Assembly: GCA_034430795.1 (NCBI GenBank)
Contig: DAOUDJ010000116.1
Span: forward strand, 254-64,253
Origin: Anaerolineales bacterium
GTDB taxonomy: Bacteria > Chloroflexota > Anaerolineae > Anaerolineales > E44-bin32
Reading direction: 5' to 3'
DNA length: 64,000 bases
Made by a program: the position numbers and the translations under genes
Shown here: positions 38,588 through 48,605 of the stretch, piece after piece
Numbering within the stretch: the stretch's first letter is position 1
Layout: every line of letters starts with the position of its first letter
Notes under the pieces: generated by a model
The model's input: the letters and a program-made list of their open reading frames with translations, nothing else
Database searches by the model: none
What the model was told of the DNA's origin: nothing

Positions 38588-39806
38588 CCGTATATAACTC
38601 CTCAAGTTGGTGTGCGATCAGATTCCAATCGTGGTGCTGTTCGACGTATCGCCGCCCGGCTGCACCGATCTCTTCACGAAGATGACGTTGATCCACTAGG
38701 TCGATCACATGCTTGGCAAAGTCAACCGGACGATCTGCAACCAAAAGCTCGCGCCCGTATCGAACCTGCAAAGCTGCGATCGCTGGCGGAGTGGCGACAA
38801 CCGGGATACCACAAGCCATGGCTTCAAGTACCTTGTTTTGAATCCCCATGCCGTACACAAGCGGCACAACCGCGATGGAAGCCTCCTGGAAAAATGCGCG
38901 GAGATCTGGAACGCTTCCAGTCACCTCAATGCGCTCGTCCTTCGACAGAGCTTGAATACTGGCCGGCGGATCTTTGCCCACGATCAGAAGCCTCACCTCA
39001 GGTCTGCTGCGCCAGATCAAGGGCAGGATGTCCTCGACGAAATACTTGCACATAGCGACATTGGCGTGGTAGCTCATCTTGCCAGTCATGATGAGCGTGG
39101 CAGCATCGTCTGATCCATGGTCCTCCGGTTTGAAGTACGTCAGATCGACACCATTTGGTACAACAGAGATCTCCGCTGGAGAATTCCCCCGATTCCTCAA
39201 GGACTGCAACGCCTCGCGGTCCGCGGCAGACGTTACCAGCACGCGATCGAATTGACTGACCAGCCACGATTCATATTGCTCGTTCCTTCCGAGCTCGAAC
39301 CGCGAAATCCAGCGATTGAGAGGCCGGATTGCATGGTTAGAAGTCAATCGGAAGAGCGCGCTGATACAGTCGACGCTGTCAAACACTATGGGGATAGGAT
39401 GGTTCTGATCTCGAAGCATGGCCTTTAACACCAGGCCATAGCGTGCCGCCCGTAAATGCTCTACGTGGATCAGGTCAAATTCACGGTCTAACCTTGAAAA
39501 CAAGCTTCCAATACCCTTGGATGAAAACGCACCTGGTTGCCAGGCAAAAGCGGCTTGCAGCGGGATGCGAGTTGGAAGGGCGAGCAGTAAATTCCAGGCT
39601 ACCCTCATCTTCGTGAGAGACACCGATTCAACGTGCTCGCAAAGCTCACGCATGAACTTCAAATCACTGTCGCTGCCGCTTCCATCATCGATTGCAAAGA
39701 GGGACACTTGATGCCCGCGCGCAACGAGGGCGCGGATGAAGTTGAAGGGTCGTACCCGTACCAGATTCGGAGTGTAGGGCAGGACGAAAAGAATACGGAG
39801 GCTCAA
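38565..39806 (-). CDS. GT4 glycosyltransferase
   Basis: RILFV, VVPNGVD, TGKMSYHAN and GIQNKVLEAMACGIPVVAT. Probable TTG start at 39806 (ORF track extends to 39956). Confidence 0.88.
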   Translation of the reverse strand: MSLRILFVLPYTPNLVRVRPFNFIRALVARGHQVSLFAIDDGSGSDSDLKFMRELCEHVESVSLTKMRVAWNLLLALPTRIPLQAAFAWQPGAFSSKGIGSLFSRLDREFDLIHVEHLRAARYGLVLKAMLRDQNHPIPIVFDSVDCISALFRLTSNHAIRPLNRWISRFELGRNEQYESWLVSQFDRVLVTSAADREALQSLRNRGNSPAEISVVPNGVDLTYFKPEDHGSDDAATLIMTGKMSYHANVAMCKYFVEDILPLIWRSRPEVRLLIVGKDPPASIQALSKDERIEVTGSVPDLRAFFQEASIAVVPLVYGMGIQNKVLEAMACGIPVVATPPAIAALQVRYGRELLVADRPVDFAKHVIDLVDQRHLREEIGAAGRRYVEQHHDWNLIAHQLEELYTDVIDNQH

Positions 39807-39921
39807 AGGATACCCTGTCTTTTCCGTAGCGGACCGAGGGAATTTGAACGAAGACCTAGATTCGATGGATGTCAAATTGAGAGTAAACGGGTGCAATAGA
39901 AGGTAAGCTGGGTTTAGAATG

Positions 39922-41490
39922 TTACCTTCTACGGATGAACGTGATGATGATGACACCTACAACCAGAAGGACAACCGGGAGGAGACTCCGCCCGAGTAGG
40001 AGGATGAAATCCGTCTCCTGGATCAAACCAGTTTCAACCAGCTCCAACGTGACCGATGGGACCGGCAATCCAGTTTCCGACGTTGCGGATTGCTCAGCTT
40101 CCGTTGTACCTGTAAGTGTTGGTTCCAGGCTGGCTGCCGTTGTCCGTTCCGTAGGCATCGGCATGGGAGTAAAACGTGGGGCATCGGTCTGGCTGGTCGC
40201 ATACCAAACGATGTACTCCCCCGCATCACTTTGCCAGATGTGCTCGGCATCACGCACGAACCAAACGACGTGCAAGCGATTTCCCTCACCTATAGCTATT
40301 GCTGGCCACTCCGGCGCGTCACCCACATAGCGGATAATTTCGTCTGGAGAGGACCATGACGAACCGTTCCAGCTGATGTGTAAGATAGACCGGGTTTCCA
40401 GATCGCCCTCAAAATCTGGCTGGCCTTCTACCCGACCGACCATTACCAGATGGATCTCGCCGGCCGTATCCACCGCCATATCCATCCTGTCCAACGCGGT
40501 CAAATAAGCTCCCCTGATACCTTCAATCTGCACCGGTTCTGTCCAAGAGAGGCCATTATAGAGTGAACGCTGGTAGTAGACACCTCTATCCGCGAGGGAC
40601 AGGTAGGCCACGATCAAACGATCTCTGCGATCGATCGCGAGGGCGACATTTTTTGCATCCATCCCTATGTCAGATAATTTGGCGGGAGTGGACCATCTTT
40701 GAGCGCCCGGATCAAGGCGGGTATAGAGAATGCTCGATGGACCGTTCAAATAGCCCAAGTCGCCCCCTACACCAGCCTCCCAGGCGACGTGCAAACGATC
40801 CTTGCTGTCGATCACGATCGATGGCTTCGCGGCACCGGTGGGCAGGATTGAGATATCCTTGGGAATCGACCAGGAAAGGCCTTGATTATCCGATGAACGA
40901 TAGAACACATGGAAACAATTTAAGCACTCACTTGTTGGAACATTCGCCGTATAGATCAGATGGAGCCTTCCGGACCCATCTTCCACGACCTCCGAGAAGT
41001 ATCCATACGAAATAATGACTTGAGGCTCTTCCCAGTTCGACGCTGTTGAGATCTGTAGTTGGTCCGACCGCTTATAATACACACCACGAGCGTTGCGATA
41101 CGTCAGGTGAAAACCATAGGTGCGATCAACGGTGAGCACCGGCCGTGTAGCATAACTCCCACTGACCTCCTTCAGCGAGGCGATGTCTACAGGCTCTGTC
41201 CAGGCTGCCGCAGCCCCGCGTCCGCGGTACATGACGACATCATAGATTCCACCATCCGTTTTCCTGATCGTGCTCGCCCACACAACATGGACACGCCCGA
41301 ACCGGTCTGTAGCGACATCCGGAAACCATCCGCCGGAGTCTGAAGAGAGCTCGAAAGGTCTCGACCATACCTGATCCTGGGCACTTGTGTCGGAAGGAAC
41401 TACAACCGCTATTAATAAGATGAAAGCCAGCAACAGGAGCCAGAATATCATTGATCTAAAGGTCCCTATGATTCTAGTCATCTTATCCAC
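39922..41490 (-). CDS. Surface beta-propeller (BNR/Asp-box, sialidase-like fold) protein with a C-terminal TM anchor
   Basis: Signal peptide, repeated D..GRLHV.W blades, Asp-box YRSSDNQGLSWS, Thr/Ser/Pro-rich linker, and a TM followed by RRR at the C-terminus. Confidence 0.7.
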   Translation of the reverse strand: MDKMTRIIGTFRSMIFWLLLLAFILLIAVVVPSDTSAQDQVWSRPFELSSDSGGWFPDVATDRFGRVHVVWASTIRKTDGGIYDVVMYRGRGAAAAWTEPVDIASLKEVSGSYATRPVLTVDRTYGFHLTYRNARGVYYKRSDQLQISTASNWEEPQVIISYGYFSEVVEDGSGRLHLIYTANVPTSECLNCFHVFYRSSDNQGLSWSIPKDISILPTGAAKPSIVIDSKDRLHVAWEAGVGGDLGYLNGPSSILYTRLDPGAQRWSTPAKLSDIGMDAKNVALAIDRRDRLIVAYLSLADRGVYYQRSLYNGLSWTEPVQIEGIRGAYLTALDRMDMAVDTAGEIHLVMVGRVEGQPDFEGDLETRSILHISWNGSSWSSPDEIIRYVGDAPEWPAIAIGEGNRLHVVWFVRDAEHIWQSDAGEYIVWYATSQTDAPRFTPMPMPTERTTAASLEPTLTGTTEAEQSATSETGLPVPSVTLELVETGLIQETDFILLLGRSLLPVVLLVVGVIIITFIRRR

Positions 41491-41654
41491 GTTTGGTCTT
41501 GGTCCTTTCTAACATAAAACCAGTGATAATAGTTCAAACAAACGGCGAGCCGCTCTTTTTTTTCATGCCGGCGTTTCAATCCAATGGTGGATTCGCGGTG
41601 CCGGCCGGCCGAAGGCGCCAGCGATATCCCTGATTTAAGATTCCCCCGCAGCGT

Positions 41655-43340
41655 CTATTGATCCACACGGAAGATCGTGACAACACCTTGAGAATAGGTT
41701 TCGACCAAGTTCTCGGCTCCCAAGGGTGAGTAAGCTCCTAGATCTCTCTCAGCCGGTCCGTAAAATAAGTAATCGACACCGCCCGTGGTGAGAATTGCTT
41801 CACGGACCGCAGGCGAGGTGCCTTCCTCAAAGAGCAATTCGACATTCTCCCGCTTGGAGTAGAAGTCCAGAGTCTGAGCCCAATGTGCCAGGTATGCCCT
41901 CGCCCCAGTCCAAGCTGGGATATATTGCCCGATCGTTAGACTGCTGATGATCACATCGTCACCGTCCGCATAGTCTTCGAGCCATTGCAGCGCCCGGATT
42001 TCATCATCGTGCAAGTAAAACGGGTAATCATGCCGGCTGAGATCGAAGAAACGCCACGACCAGAGATAGATATTCGTCGGTACAACAAGCAGTAACAACA
42101 GTAGAGGGATCACGCCGGGTTTGCGTACAGTCGCATGAAGTTTAGCGCCCGATCGGAAATTTCTCAGAGACGGCAGGACATGTTCATACACAAAGGTAGT
42201 TGCGAGGATGGCGATTGGAAGCTGCCAGCCATTCAGCAGGTGGATCTGGAAATCTGTGGGTATGTAAATCAACAGGAAATTGGCGCCAAACCAGGAGAGG
42301 AGCAGGATCTCAGCATCACGTTTCTCTCGAAGTCGATCCGGGCGTTCAAGAAAGAAAGCTGCCAGCGCCAAGAGAAACGCCGGCCCCATGAGGATGGGAA
42401 GATGCAGGAGATTGGGGGTGAACACGCCGGCGTTTGCAAATTGGTCGAGCACCTCTCCCCAAACCGGATCGAACGTTGTCAGTAGGACCGAATAAAGAGC
42501 CGGCCAGAAGGAGAATAACCCAATCACGACCAAAGCCTTGAGCGGAAAGCGCGGCACCGTCCTACGTTGAACTGCCTTGGCCAAAACGAATGTGAAAAGG
42601 ATGCCATAGACAAGGACCAGATCGTAGGCGTGCTGCCAGCCAAGGAATTGGGCGAACAATCCGGCGAAGACGGCATACCGGATCTGTTCTTTAGCCAGGC
42701 TCTCGAGGAACAGGATAAAAACGAGTATGTACAAGGCCGCGGCGATGAAATGGGGGTAGGCCATGATGCCCAAGAAGGTGTTGCCCTCAGCGATGAAAAC
42801 GTCGAGTGGGAAATACAGCACCCCGTTCGTGACCGTATACTTCAACAACACCAGAACCCATCCGAATCCCGAGCCGAACGTAAATACCAGGAATGCAGCT
42901 CGTCGTTGTTCTACCTCACCCAAGAAACGGGCGATCACCAAATACCCGGTAGCTAATAAGAGTCCCCCCGAGATGAGGCGGAAGATCTGGAAAGTCAGAT
43001 CAAGGCTCAGTCCTAACCAGCGCTTCAGATGACCCAATCCCCACCAGAGCAAGTTGAAGAAAACCGGTTCATTCGCCTCGGGCGTCAATTTGTTCGACGC
43101 TAGTGCGGAGGTTGAAAGCTCCCGCATCCACGAAAAGTATTGGCTATGATCCGGCACATCAAGCATGATTCCCATGAATTGCTTATCGGGAGGCGCGGAG
43201 AGATAAGCATAGAGATAAGGGATACTCGTCAAGACTAAGACGATTGTAATAATCATCAAGACGAAGCGCCATTCGACCGCTGCGATCGATCGTCTGGTCT
43301 CAGAATTGAATGGCTTCTCAGATGATTCTCGTTCAACCAT
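41655..43340 (-). CDS. GT-C-like polytopic membrane protein
   Basis: DVPDHSQYFSW after TM1, YPHF, about 11 TMs, and a soluble C-terminal domain (IPAWTGARAYLAHW). Confidence 0.62.
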   Translation of the reverse strand: MVERESSEKPFNSETRRSIAAVEWRFVLMIITIVLVLTSIPYLYAYLSAPPDKQFMGIMLDVPDHSQYFSWMRELSTSALASNKLTPEANEPVFFNLLWWGLGHLKRWLGLSLDLTFQIFRLISGGLLLATGYLVIARFLGEVEQRRAAFLVFTFGSGFGWVLVLLKYTVTNGVLYFPLDVFIAEGNTFLGIMAYPHFIAAALYILVFILFLESLAKEQIRYAVFAGLFAQFLGWQHAYDLVLVYGILFTFVLAKAVQRRTVPRFPLKALVVIGLFSFWPALYSVLLTTFDPVWGEVLDQFANAGVFTPNLLHLPILMGPAFLLALAAFFLERPDRLREKRDAEILLLSWFGANFLLIYIPTDFQIHLLNGWQLPIAILATTFVYEHVLPSLRNFRSGAKLHATVRKPGVIPLLLLLLVVPTNIYLWSWRFFDLSRHDYPFYLHDDEIRALQWLEDYADGDDVIISSLTIGQYIPAWTGARAYLAHWAQTLDFYSKRENVELLFEEGTSPAVREAILTTGGVDYLFYGPAERDLGAYSPLGAENLVETYSQGVVTIFRVDQ

Positions 43341-43344
43341 CGTT

Positions 43345-44907
43345 TCAAACAGCTCCCATATCAGAACTCAATGGCATACTTCGTCCAGGCTCACTGGATA
43401 TAACTGGGCTATGTTTCTTCGACCAACGGACCCATCCAAGGATAAGCATAAAAAGGATGGCGGATAGCGGCAGCAGGCTCCAAGCTCCTCTAAGATTCAG
43501 CAAATAACCGAAGTTCCTGGCGACATCGCCCTGGCTCCAAGCAGGGATGGCGTATTCGAAGAAAGGCTCACGAATGGCATCTGATGGGAAAGCCTGGCCA
43601 GCCAGCGCCAGCCCCCATGTTGCGAGGAAAGACCAGAGTAAGCTGAGAGTAAAAAGTACCTTAAACCACGCAATCTTCCTGAAACATAAGAGCGTGAATA
43701 TCACGGGAATTGCGAGGAAGGGCAGTGCAGGTAAGAGATAGCGCGGACCTATCGCAAAACCTCCCCACCACATAACCGAGGATGCATTGAAGACAACAAA
43801 CAAAATGGATATGGCAAGCGAGATCCAGAGTGCCGGCCGCTCGATTCGCTCACGCCACCAGAAATAAAACCCAACAACACTTGTTAAAAGCCAGGGTGAG
43901 AGGAAGAATAGTCCTCGATAACCGCTGAAGAATATTCCCCACAGTGCTTCAAGCTGGAAAGAACTCAGACTCATGAAGCCGGATTGATGCTGGTCGAGCC
44001 ATAGCTCAGAATAGGCATAACCCAAGTCGAATGGGCCTCCAAACACAGCGTTGTTGTACGCCATCAACCCGAGGCCCGGCAGGATGCCACCAAGGAAGAA
44101 GAACAGGCTCTTGACGAATGCTCTATGGGAGAGAAATCGTACCAACGCATAGGCGCCGATGATCATAACAGCAATGACCGATGGGTATTCGATCACAATA
44201 CTAAATGCCAGCAAGAGGCCTAGTCCGAAGGCACGCACGCGGCTTCCATCGAACCATCCCGTTGAGAGTCCCCAGAACGTGGTAAAGATCAGAAATGCGC
44301 TCAGTTGATGCCCGTAGAGAGCGCCTCCGTACACCCACGCAGGGGTGAGAAGGCCGTAAGAGAGAGCGACGATGGCGCGTGGTAGGACGTCCTGGCTAAA
44401 GCGCCCAAGATAATTGAATAACACGACCGAAAGGAGCGCTGTAGGGATTGCCGCCAGGAAGACGACAAGCACGCTTTGTGTGATCGCGAAGCGAACCTTT
44501 TCAAGTGAAACACCCGTCCCCTCCTCTCGCAATGTCGCTTGAAACGATGCATTCTGTGCCAACCACTGGGTGAGAGAAGCAACGGCAGGAAGGTCGAGCA
44601 GTTGCTTGAGACCGGCGTAGATTGGGATACCCAGAAAAGCTGTCCCGGGCGCTTTGTCGCTGTAATAATGATCCCCGACCTTTGCGTAATCCACCGTATT
44701 CCAAACGAAGCGGTCGATTTGAAAGCTGCCATCCTCGACAACAGCAAACACCATATCGAGGCGCGAGTTCTGGTTAGGATCCGCCCAACGCGGGAAGGTA
44801 TAGATGATCGAGAGGAAGACGATCAGGAATATGAATAATCCATTCATCTTGGAGCTTAATTTATATTTGCTCATTGAGTCATGCCCGCTCACGCCCGTTG
44901 TGCGCAA
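43345..44907 (-). CDS. GT-C-like polytopic membrane protein
   Basis: ADPNQNSR, YYSDKAPG, RGLFFLSPW and GPRYLLPALPF; many TMs. The real start may be 44874. Confidence 0.65.
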   Translation of the reverse strand: MRTTGVSGHDSMSKYKLSSKMNGLFIFLIVFLSIIYTFPRWADPNQNSRLDMVFAVVEDGSFQIDRFVWNTVDYAKVGDHYYSDKAPGTAFLGIPIYAGLKQLLDLPAVASLTQWLAQNASFQATLREEGTGVSLEKVRFAITQSVLVVFLAAIPTALLSVVLFNYLGRFSQDVLPRAIVALSYGLLTPAWVYGGALYGHQLSAFLIFTTFWGLSTGWFDGSRVRAFGLGLLLAFSIVIEYPSVIAVMIIGAYALVRFLSHRAFVKSLFFFLGGILPGLGLMAYNNAVFGGPFDLGYAYSELWLDQHQSGFMSLSSFQLEALWGIFFSGYRGLFFLSPWLLTSVVGFYFWWRERIERPALWISLAISILFVVFNASSVMWWGGFAIGPRYLLPALPFLAIPVIFTLLCFRKIAWFKVLFTLSLLWSFLATWGLALAGQAFPSDAIREPFFEYAIPAWSQGDVARNFGYLLNLRGAWSLLPLSAILFMLILGWVRWSKKHSPVISSEPGRSMPLSSDMGAV

Positions 44908-46090
44908 GTGCAGAGTACAGATTGCCCAGTTGATCTAGCGAGCGGCGGTAGTCATACACATTTTCGACGAGTGCGCGGCCGTTCCGGGCGAGTGTCTCAG
45001 CCTCACCGTTATTGAGCAACAGCCGGTTCGTCGCATGTGCGAAGTCTTCTGCTGAGTCGGCAACAAGAAGGTGCTTCCCGTTCTCAGCGCGGATGCCCTC
45101 ACAACCGATGGTTGTGGACACCACCGGAATCCCTTGTGCCAGAGCGTGTAGGATTTTGACACGCATACCACCTGCTGCACGCAATGGAACTACCATCACA
45201 CCTGCCCTTCGAAGATACACGGTGGGATCGGTGACGTAGCCCGGTAAATTCACATTGGAATCACGCATAGCGAGCTGCCGGAGGGCACGCGGGGGATGTG
45301 CTCCAACGATGTCGAACTTGACCCCGGGGTTTTTTATGTGGATACGTGGCCATATCTCCTTCAAGAACCAGATTACACCCTCGCTATTCGGAGGCCAAAA
45401 CATCGTGCCCAAATGAAGGATATTCGTTGCATCACTCTCACGCTTGATGAGACCGGTTTTCCGGGTGTCAATCGAAATGGGGATTACATGAATATTTTCC
45501 TCTGGAATCCCAATCTCAACCAATGCCTGACGATCCTCCTCACTAACTGCCAGGATAAGATCAAATCCTTCCCCGATCTTGCGCTCATACGCTTTGAGGA
45601 GTCCCCACTCTCGACTCATTACCAGCCTTTTAGCCGAAATCCGGCTCGATCTACAAAGCCGCTGGTATAACAGCCAGAGTGTATTGTGCGAATCCAGAAT
45701 CTTCGTACTACCCATGACTCTCGCGGCGTATTGCGCCATATTCAATTGGTCTGCATGGACCACATCGAATTTCTTCCCGGCAGTGATCCGCTCTAGTGCC
45801 TGCCGCATCCCTTTCCGCTGATCCCTCACCATCAGGAAAGGAACTCCAGTCGCTAGGCTTTTCAGCAAGGCTGAAATGTCATGCCCCAAACTTCGATCCA
45901 TCGGTACGGTATGGACCGCCTTACAGTAACGCTGGAGATGTTTGACCGCTTCTGACGGTTCGCCGCGCACGAATGAGAGAAGCGTAACCTCATATCTCTC
46001 TGCCAGGTAGCGCAAGACGTGATAGGTTTTCACCTTCGGTCCGCTATCTAGAGGATATGGGAGTACCTGAGTTAATAACAATACATTCAT
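44879..46090 (-). CDS. GT4 glycosyltransferase
   Basis: PYPLDSG, IPISID, GTMFWPPN and GGMRVKILHALAQGIPVVST. Confidence 0.9.
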   Translation of the reverse strand: MNVLLLTQVLPYPLDSGPKVKTYHVLRYLAERYEVTLLSFVRGEPSEAVKHLQRYCKAVHTVPMDRSLGHDISALLKSLATGVPFLMVRDQRKGMRQALERITAGKKFDVVHADQLNMAQYAARVMGSTKILDSHNTLWLLYQRLCRSSRISAKRLVMSREWGLLKAYERKIGEGFDLILAVSEEDRQALVEIGIPEENIHVIPISIDTRKTGLIKRESDATNILHLGTMFWPPNSEGVIWFLKEIWPRIHIKNPGVKFDIVGAHPPRALRQLAMRDSNVNLPGYVTDPTVYLRRAGVMVVPLRAAGGMRVKILHALAQGIPVVSTTIGCEGIRAENGKHLLVADSAEDFAHATNRLLLNNGEAETLARNGRALVENVYDYRRSLDQLGNLYSALAHNGRERA

Positions 46091-47013
46091 AATACGTTTT
46101 GGAGTTTTCTTGATAGAGTGCGAGGGTCCACAACCTCCCGGCCGTACTTTCCGCCGCTAACTCGACGGAGGGTCTCATGGACAATGGATTTCGCCGCGGT
46201 CAGGAGGACGATCATCCCAGCCAGTAACGCTGCCGACATCCGCCCGTGATGCTTCATGAAGTAGAGTACGCGACTCCGGTAGAGATCAGCCTCGCGCTTG
46301 GTAGGTATCGACCGGCTGCTCCCTCCCCCCACGTGCAACACTTCGGCCTCGGGTTGGTACCAGACCTGCCATCCCCCTTTCCATATTCGGTAGCAGAGAT
46401 CAACTTCCTCGGCATACATGAAGTAGGTGTCGTCGAAGCCCCCGACGTCATCATACGCACTCCGCCGCAATAACAGGCAGGCCCCACTCACGTAATCTAC
46501 TAGGCGTGGCACACGGCTCTGCTTCGGGTTGTGGCTTGGATACCAGCTCCCGAAAACCCGGCGTCCTAACCCTGACAAGATGAGAAACTCACGCAACAAA
46601 TTCGGGAAATCCACGAACGACGCTTGCAGACTTCGATCAGGATTCAAGATCCTTGCACCGACGAGCCCCGCAGTCTGGACGGAGGTAAGCAGCGAAGCCA
46701 AGGCTTCCAGCGCACCCGGCAGCAGTTCGGCGTCACTATTCAAAAGCAAGATGTATTCACCATGCACACGTTGCAGCGCAATGTTATTGGCAGCGGCAAA
46801 CCCGAGATTTTCTTCATTCGCAATCAGAGTTGCATCAGGAAACTGACTGTAGATCATCTCAACGCTTCCATCTTGCGATCCGTTATCCACGACAAAGATT
46901 TCCAGTTCAAGCTCAGTACTATCGCGTGGCAATGAGTGCAATGCCTTTGCAAGCAGTTCGCGTGTGTTCCAACTGACGATGATGACGCTGATCTTCGTAT
47001 TCGTTGCGGTCAC
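46087..47013 (-). CDS. GT2 glycosyltransferase (WbbL/rhamnosyltransferase-like)
   Basis: VIIVSWNT, VVDNGSQDGS, NLGFAAANN, LLNSD and YFMYAEEVDLC. Confidence 0.9.
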   Translation of the reverse strand: MTATNTKISVIIVSWNTRELLAKALHSLPRDSTELELEIFVVDNGSQDGSVEMIYSQFPDATLIANEENLGFAAANNIALQRVHGEYILLLNSDAELLPGALEALASLLTSVQTAGLVGARILNPDRSLQASFVDFPNLLREFLILSGLGRRVFGSWYPSHNPKQSRVPRLVDYVSGACLLLRRSAYDDVGGFDDTYFMYAEEVDLCYRIWKGGWQVWYQPEAEVLHVGGGSSRSIPTKREADLYRSRVLYFMKHHGRMSAALLAGMIVLLTAAKSIVHETLRRVSGGKYGREVVDPRTLSRKLQNVL

Positions 47014-48599
47014 TGGGGAAGCCCGTTCTCATCAAGAAGGGTTATGCCTTCCGGTGCTAAACGCACGCTTTCTCCGGCATTTAAATCAAGGTAGAGCATC
47101 TCGCTTCCAGCCTGCATACTTAACCGAGCTAGCCGGTCAATATCGGTAACCCAAGGATCGAGGACTTTATCGAATAAGACGATGGAGCATACATTTTCTG
47201 GTGCTGTTCGATCATCATCTAATGGACAGATGACAATCGTGGAGTTGGTTGATTTTGGTTGTCCCGTGCGATCCTCACCGCGAGCATAGATTTCATAGGG
47301 CTGGTAGACATATTCCGGTAAATAGTATTGAAGGAACCTCCACTCCGAAGCGACCAGGATAGTCGTCTTGGGATCAAAGTGATTCCTCACCGCTTCGGTG
47401 CGATCGAGATAGTAGCGATCATGTTCCCGGATTGTGTCAACCGTCAGAAGTTTCAAGCGGTCTGTGCCCAGCGGAAAGGACGGTCCAGCCAGAAAAAGCA
47501 AGCTGTTTCCCAGGATCAACACACCGGGAAGGGCAAGTCGAACTGCGACGTTGGTTAAATCTAGATTGACAAGTGCTTTGGCTGTGATGAGCAGCAATGC
47601 TGGAAGATAAACAAACACCAAACCTTGCTGGCCCATATGGATGAAGGTGTAGTAAAACAGGCTTGGCACGATCCAGAGTCCGATGAAGCGCCAATGCTCA
47701 TTTATGTGCTTGCGCTTTATCTTGAGGTTGGAATGTGAAATCTTGACCACTGCGGGTATGAGAATCAGGCTCACGAATCCCCAGCCGTAAAGCGTGTACA
47801 TGAACAGTTTGCGCAGGTTGCGGAGAATTCCATGCAATCCCCCTCCGCTAATGATCGAAGTGGTGGTATTAAACGATGAGTAAAAATGACGGAAAACGTC
47901 CCAGTAGGATTGCAAACCCCCTGTCGCAATCAGAAGCGGGATCAGCCAGACCAGGTTCGTTATGACCAGCGCCAGGAGGGCATAGATGAGATTCGTCCAA
48001 CCAATCTTGCGGCAGGCGTAGAGCGCAAGCGGCATCAAAAACACTTCGGTCTGAGGCCGGAAGCCGCCCACAAGGCCCAACCAGACGGCAGTGAAGATGA
48101 CGATCTTTGTGTCTCCTTTATCAATCCGGAATAAGAGCTCGATCGAAATAAGGATTAGCAACACGTCGAGAGCATGCGGCAGCGCGATCTCACCGTAAAA
48201 CCAGAAGAGTGGGCTCGAAGCCAAGAACAGCGCAGCCCAGATACCGGCACGCCGGCTGAATATCAAGCTGCCGATGCGGTACAACTGAACGATCGCAAGG
48301 GCACTCGCCAGGATGCTGACGACGACCATACTTACCTGAGGGTCGCTGAAGAAGAAATTTACACCGCGCATGAAAATCACATAGAGGATGTAGCCGGGGA
48401 TATGCGGCTGCGCCTGTGTGACGTCGAATTCTTCCAGCGCGAATGCAAAATTTACAGAATCCCAATGGTACAGAATGCGGCTTGTGAAGAGACTTCTCGA
48501 GAGCAGCCCGATGAGGAAGAGCACGATCAGAATCGTGGTCTCGCGCTGCCGGTCCGTTTGATTTAGCTTGAATGAAGATATCTTGAGGTGTGTGAACAT
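47010..48599 (-). CDS. GT-C-like polytopic membrane glycosyltransferase (DUF2723/ArnT-PMT-like)
   Basis: WDSVNF, QPHIPGYILY, FWFYGEI and GFRPQ. Clear paralog of 28401-29960. Confidence 0.7.
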   Translation of the reverse strand: MFTHLKISSFKLNQTDRQRETTILIVLFLIGLLSRSLFTSRILYHWDSVNFAFALEEFDVTQAQPHIPGYILYVIFMRGVNFFFSDPQVSMVVVSILASALAIVQLYRIGSLIFSRRAGIWAALFLASSPLFWFYGEIALPHALDVLLILISIELLFRIDKGDTKIVIFTAVWLGLVGGFRPQTEVFLMPLALYACRKIGWTNLIYALLALVITNLVWLIPLLIATGGLQSYWDVFRHFYSSFNTTTSIISGGGLHGILRNLRKLFMYTLYGWGFVSLILIPAVVKISHSNLKIKRKHINEHWRFIGLWIVPSLFYYTFIHMGQQGLVFVYLPALLLITAKALVNLDLTNVAVRLALPGVLILGNSLLFLAGPSFPLGTDRLKLLTVDTIREHDRYYLDRTEAVRNHFDPKTTILVASEWRFLQYYLPEYVYQPYEIYARGEDRTGQPKSTNSTIVICPLDDDRTAPENVCSIVLFDKVLDPWVTDIDRLARLSMQAGSEMLYLDLNAGESVRLAPEGITLLDENGLPQ

Positions 48600-48605
48600 G
48601 TCTAG

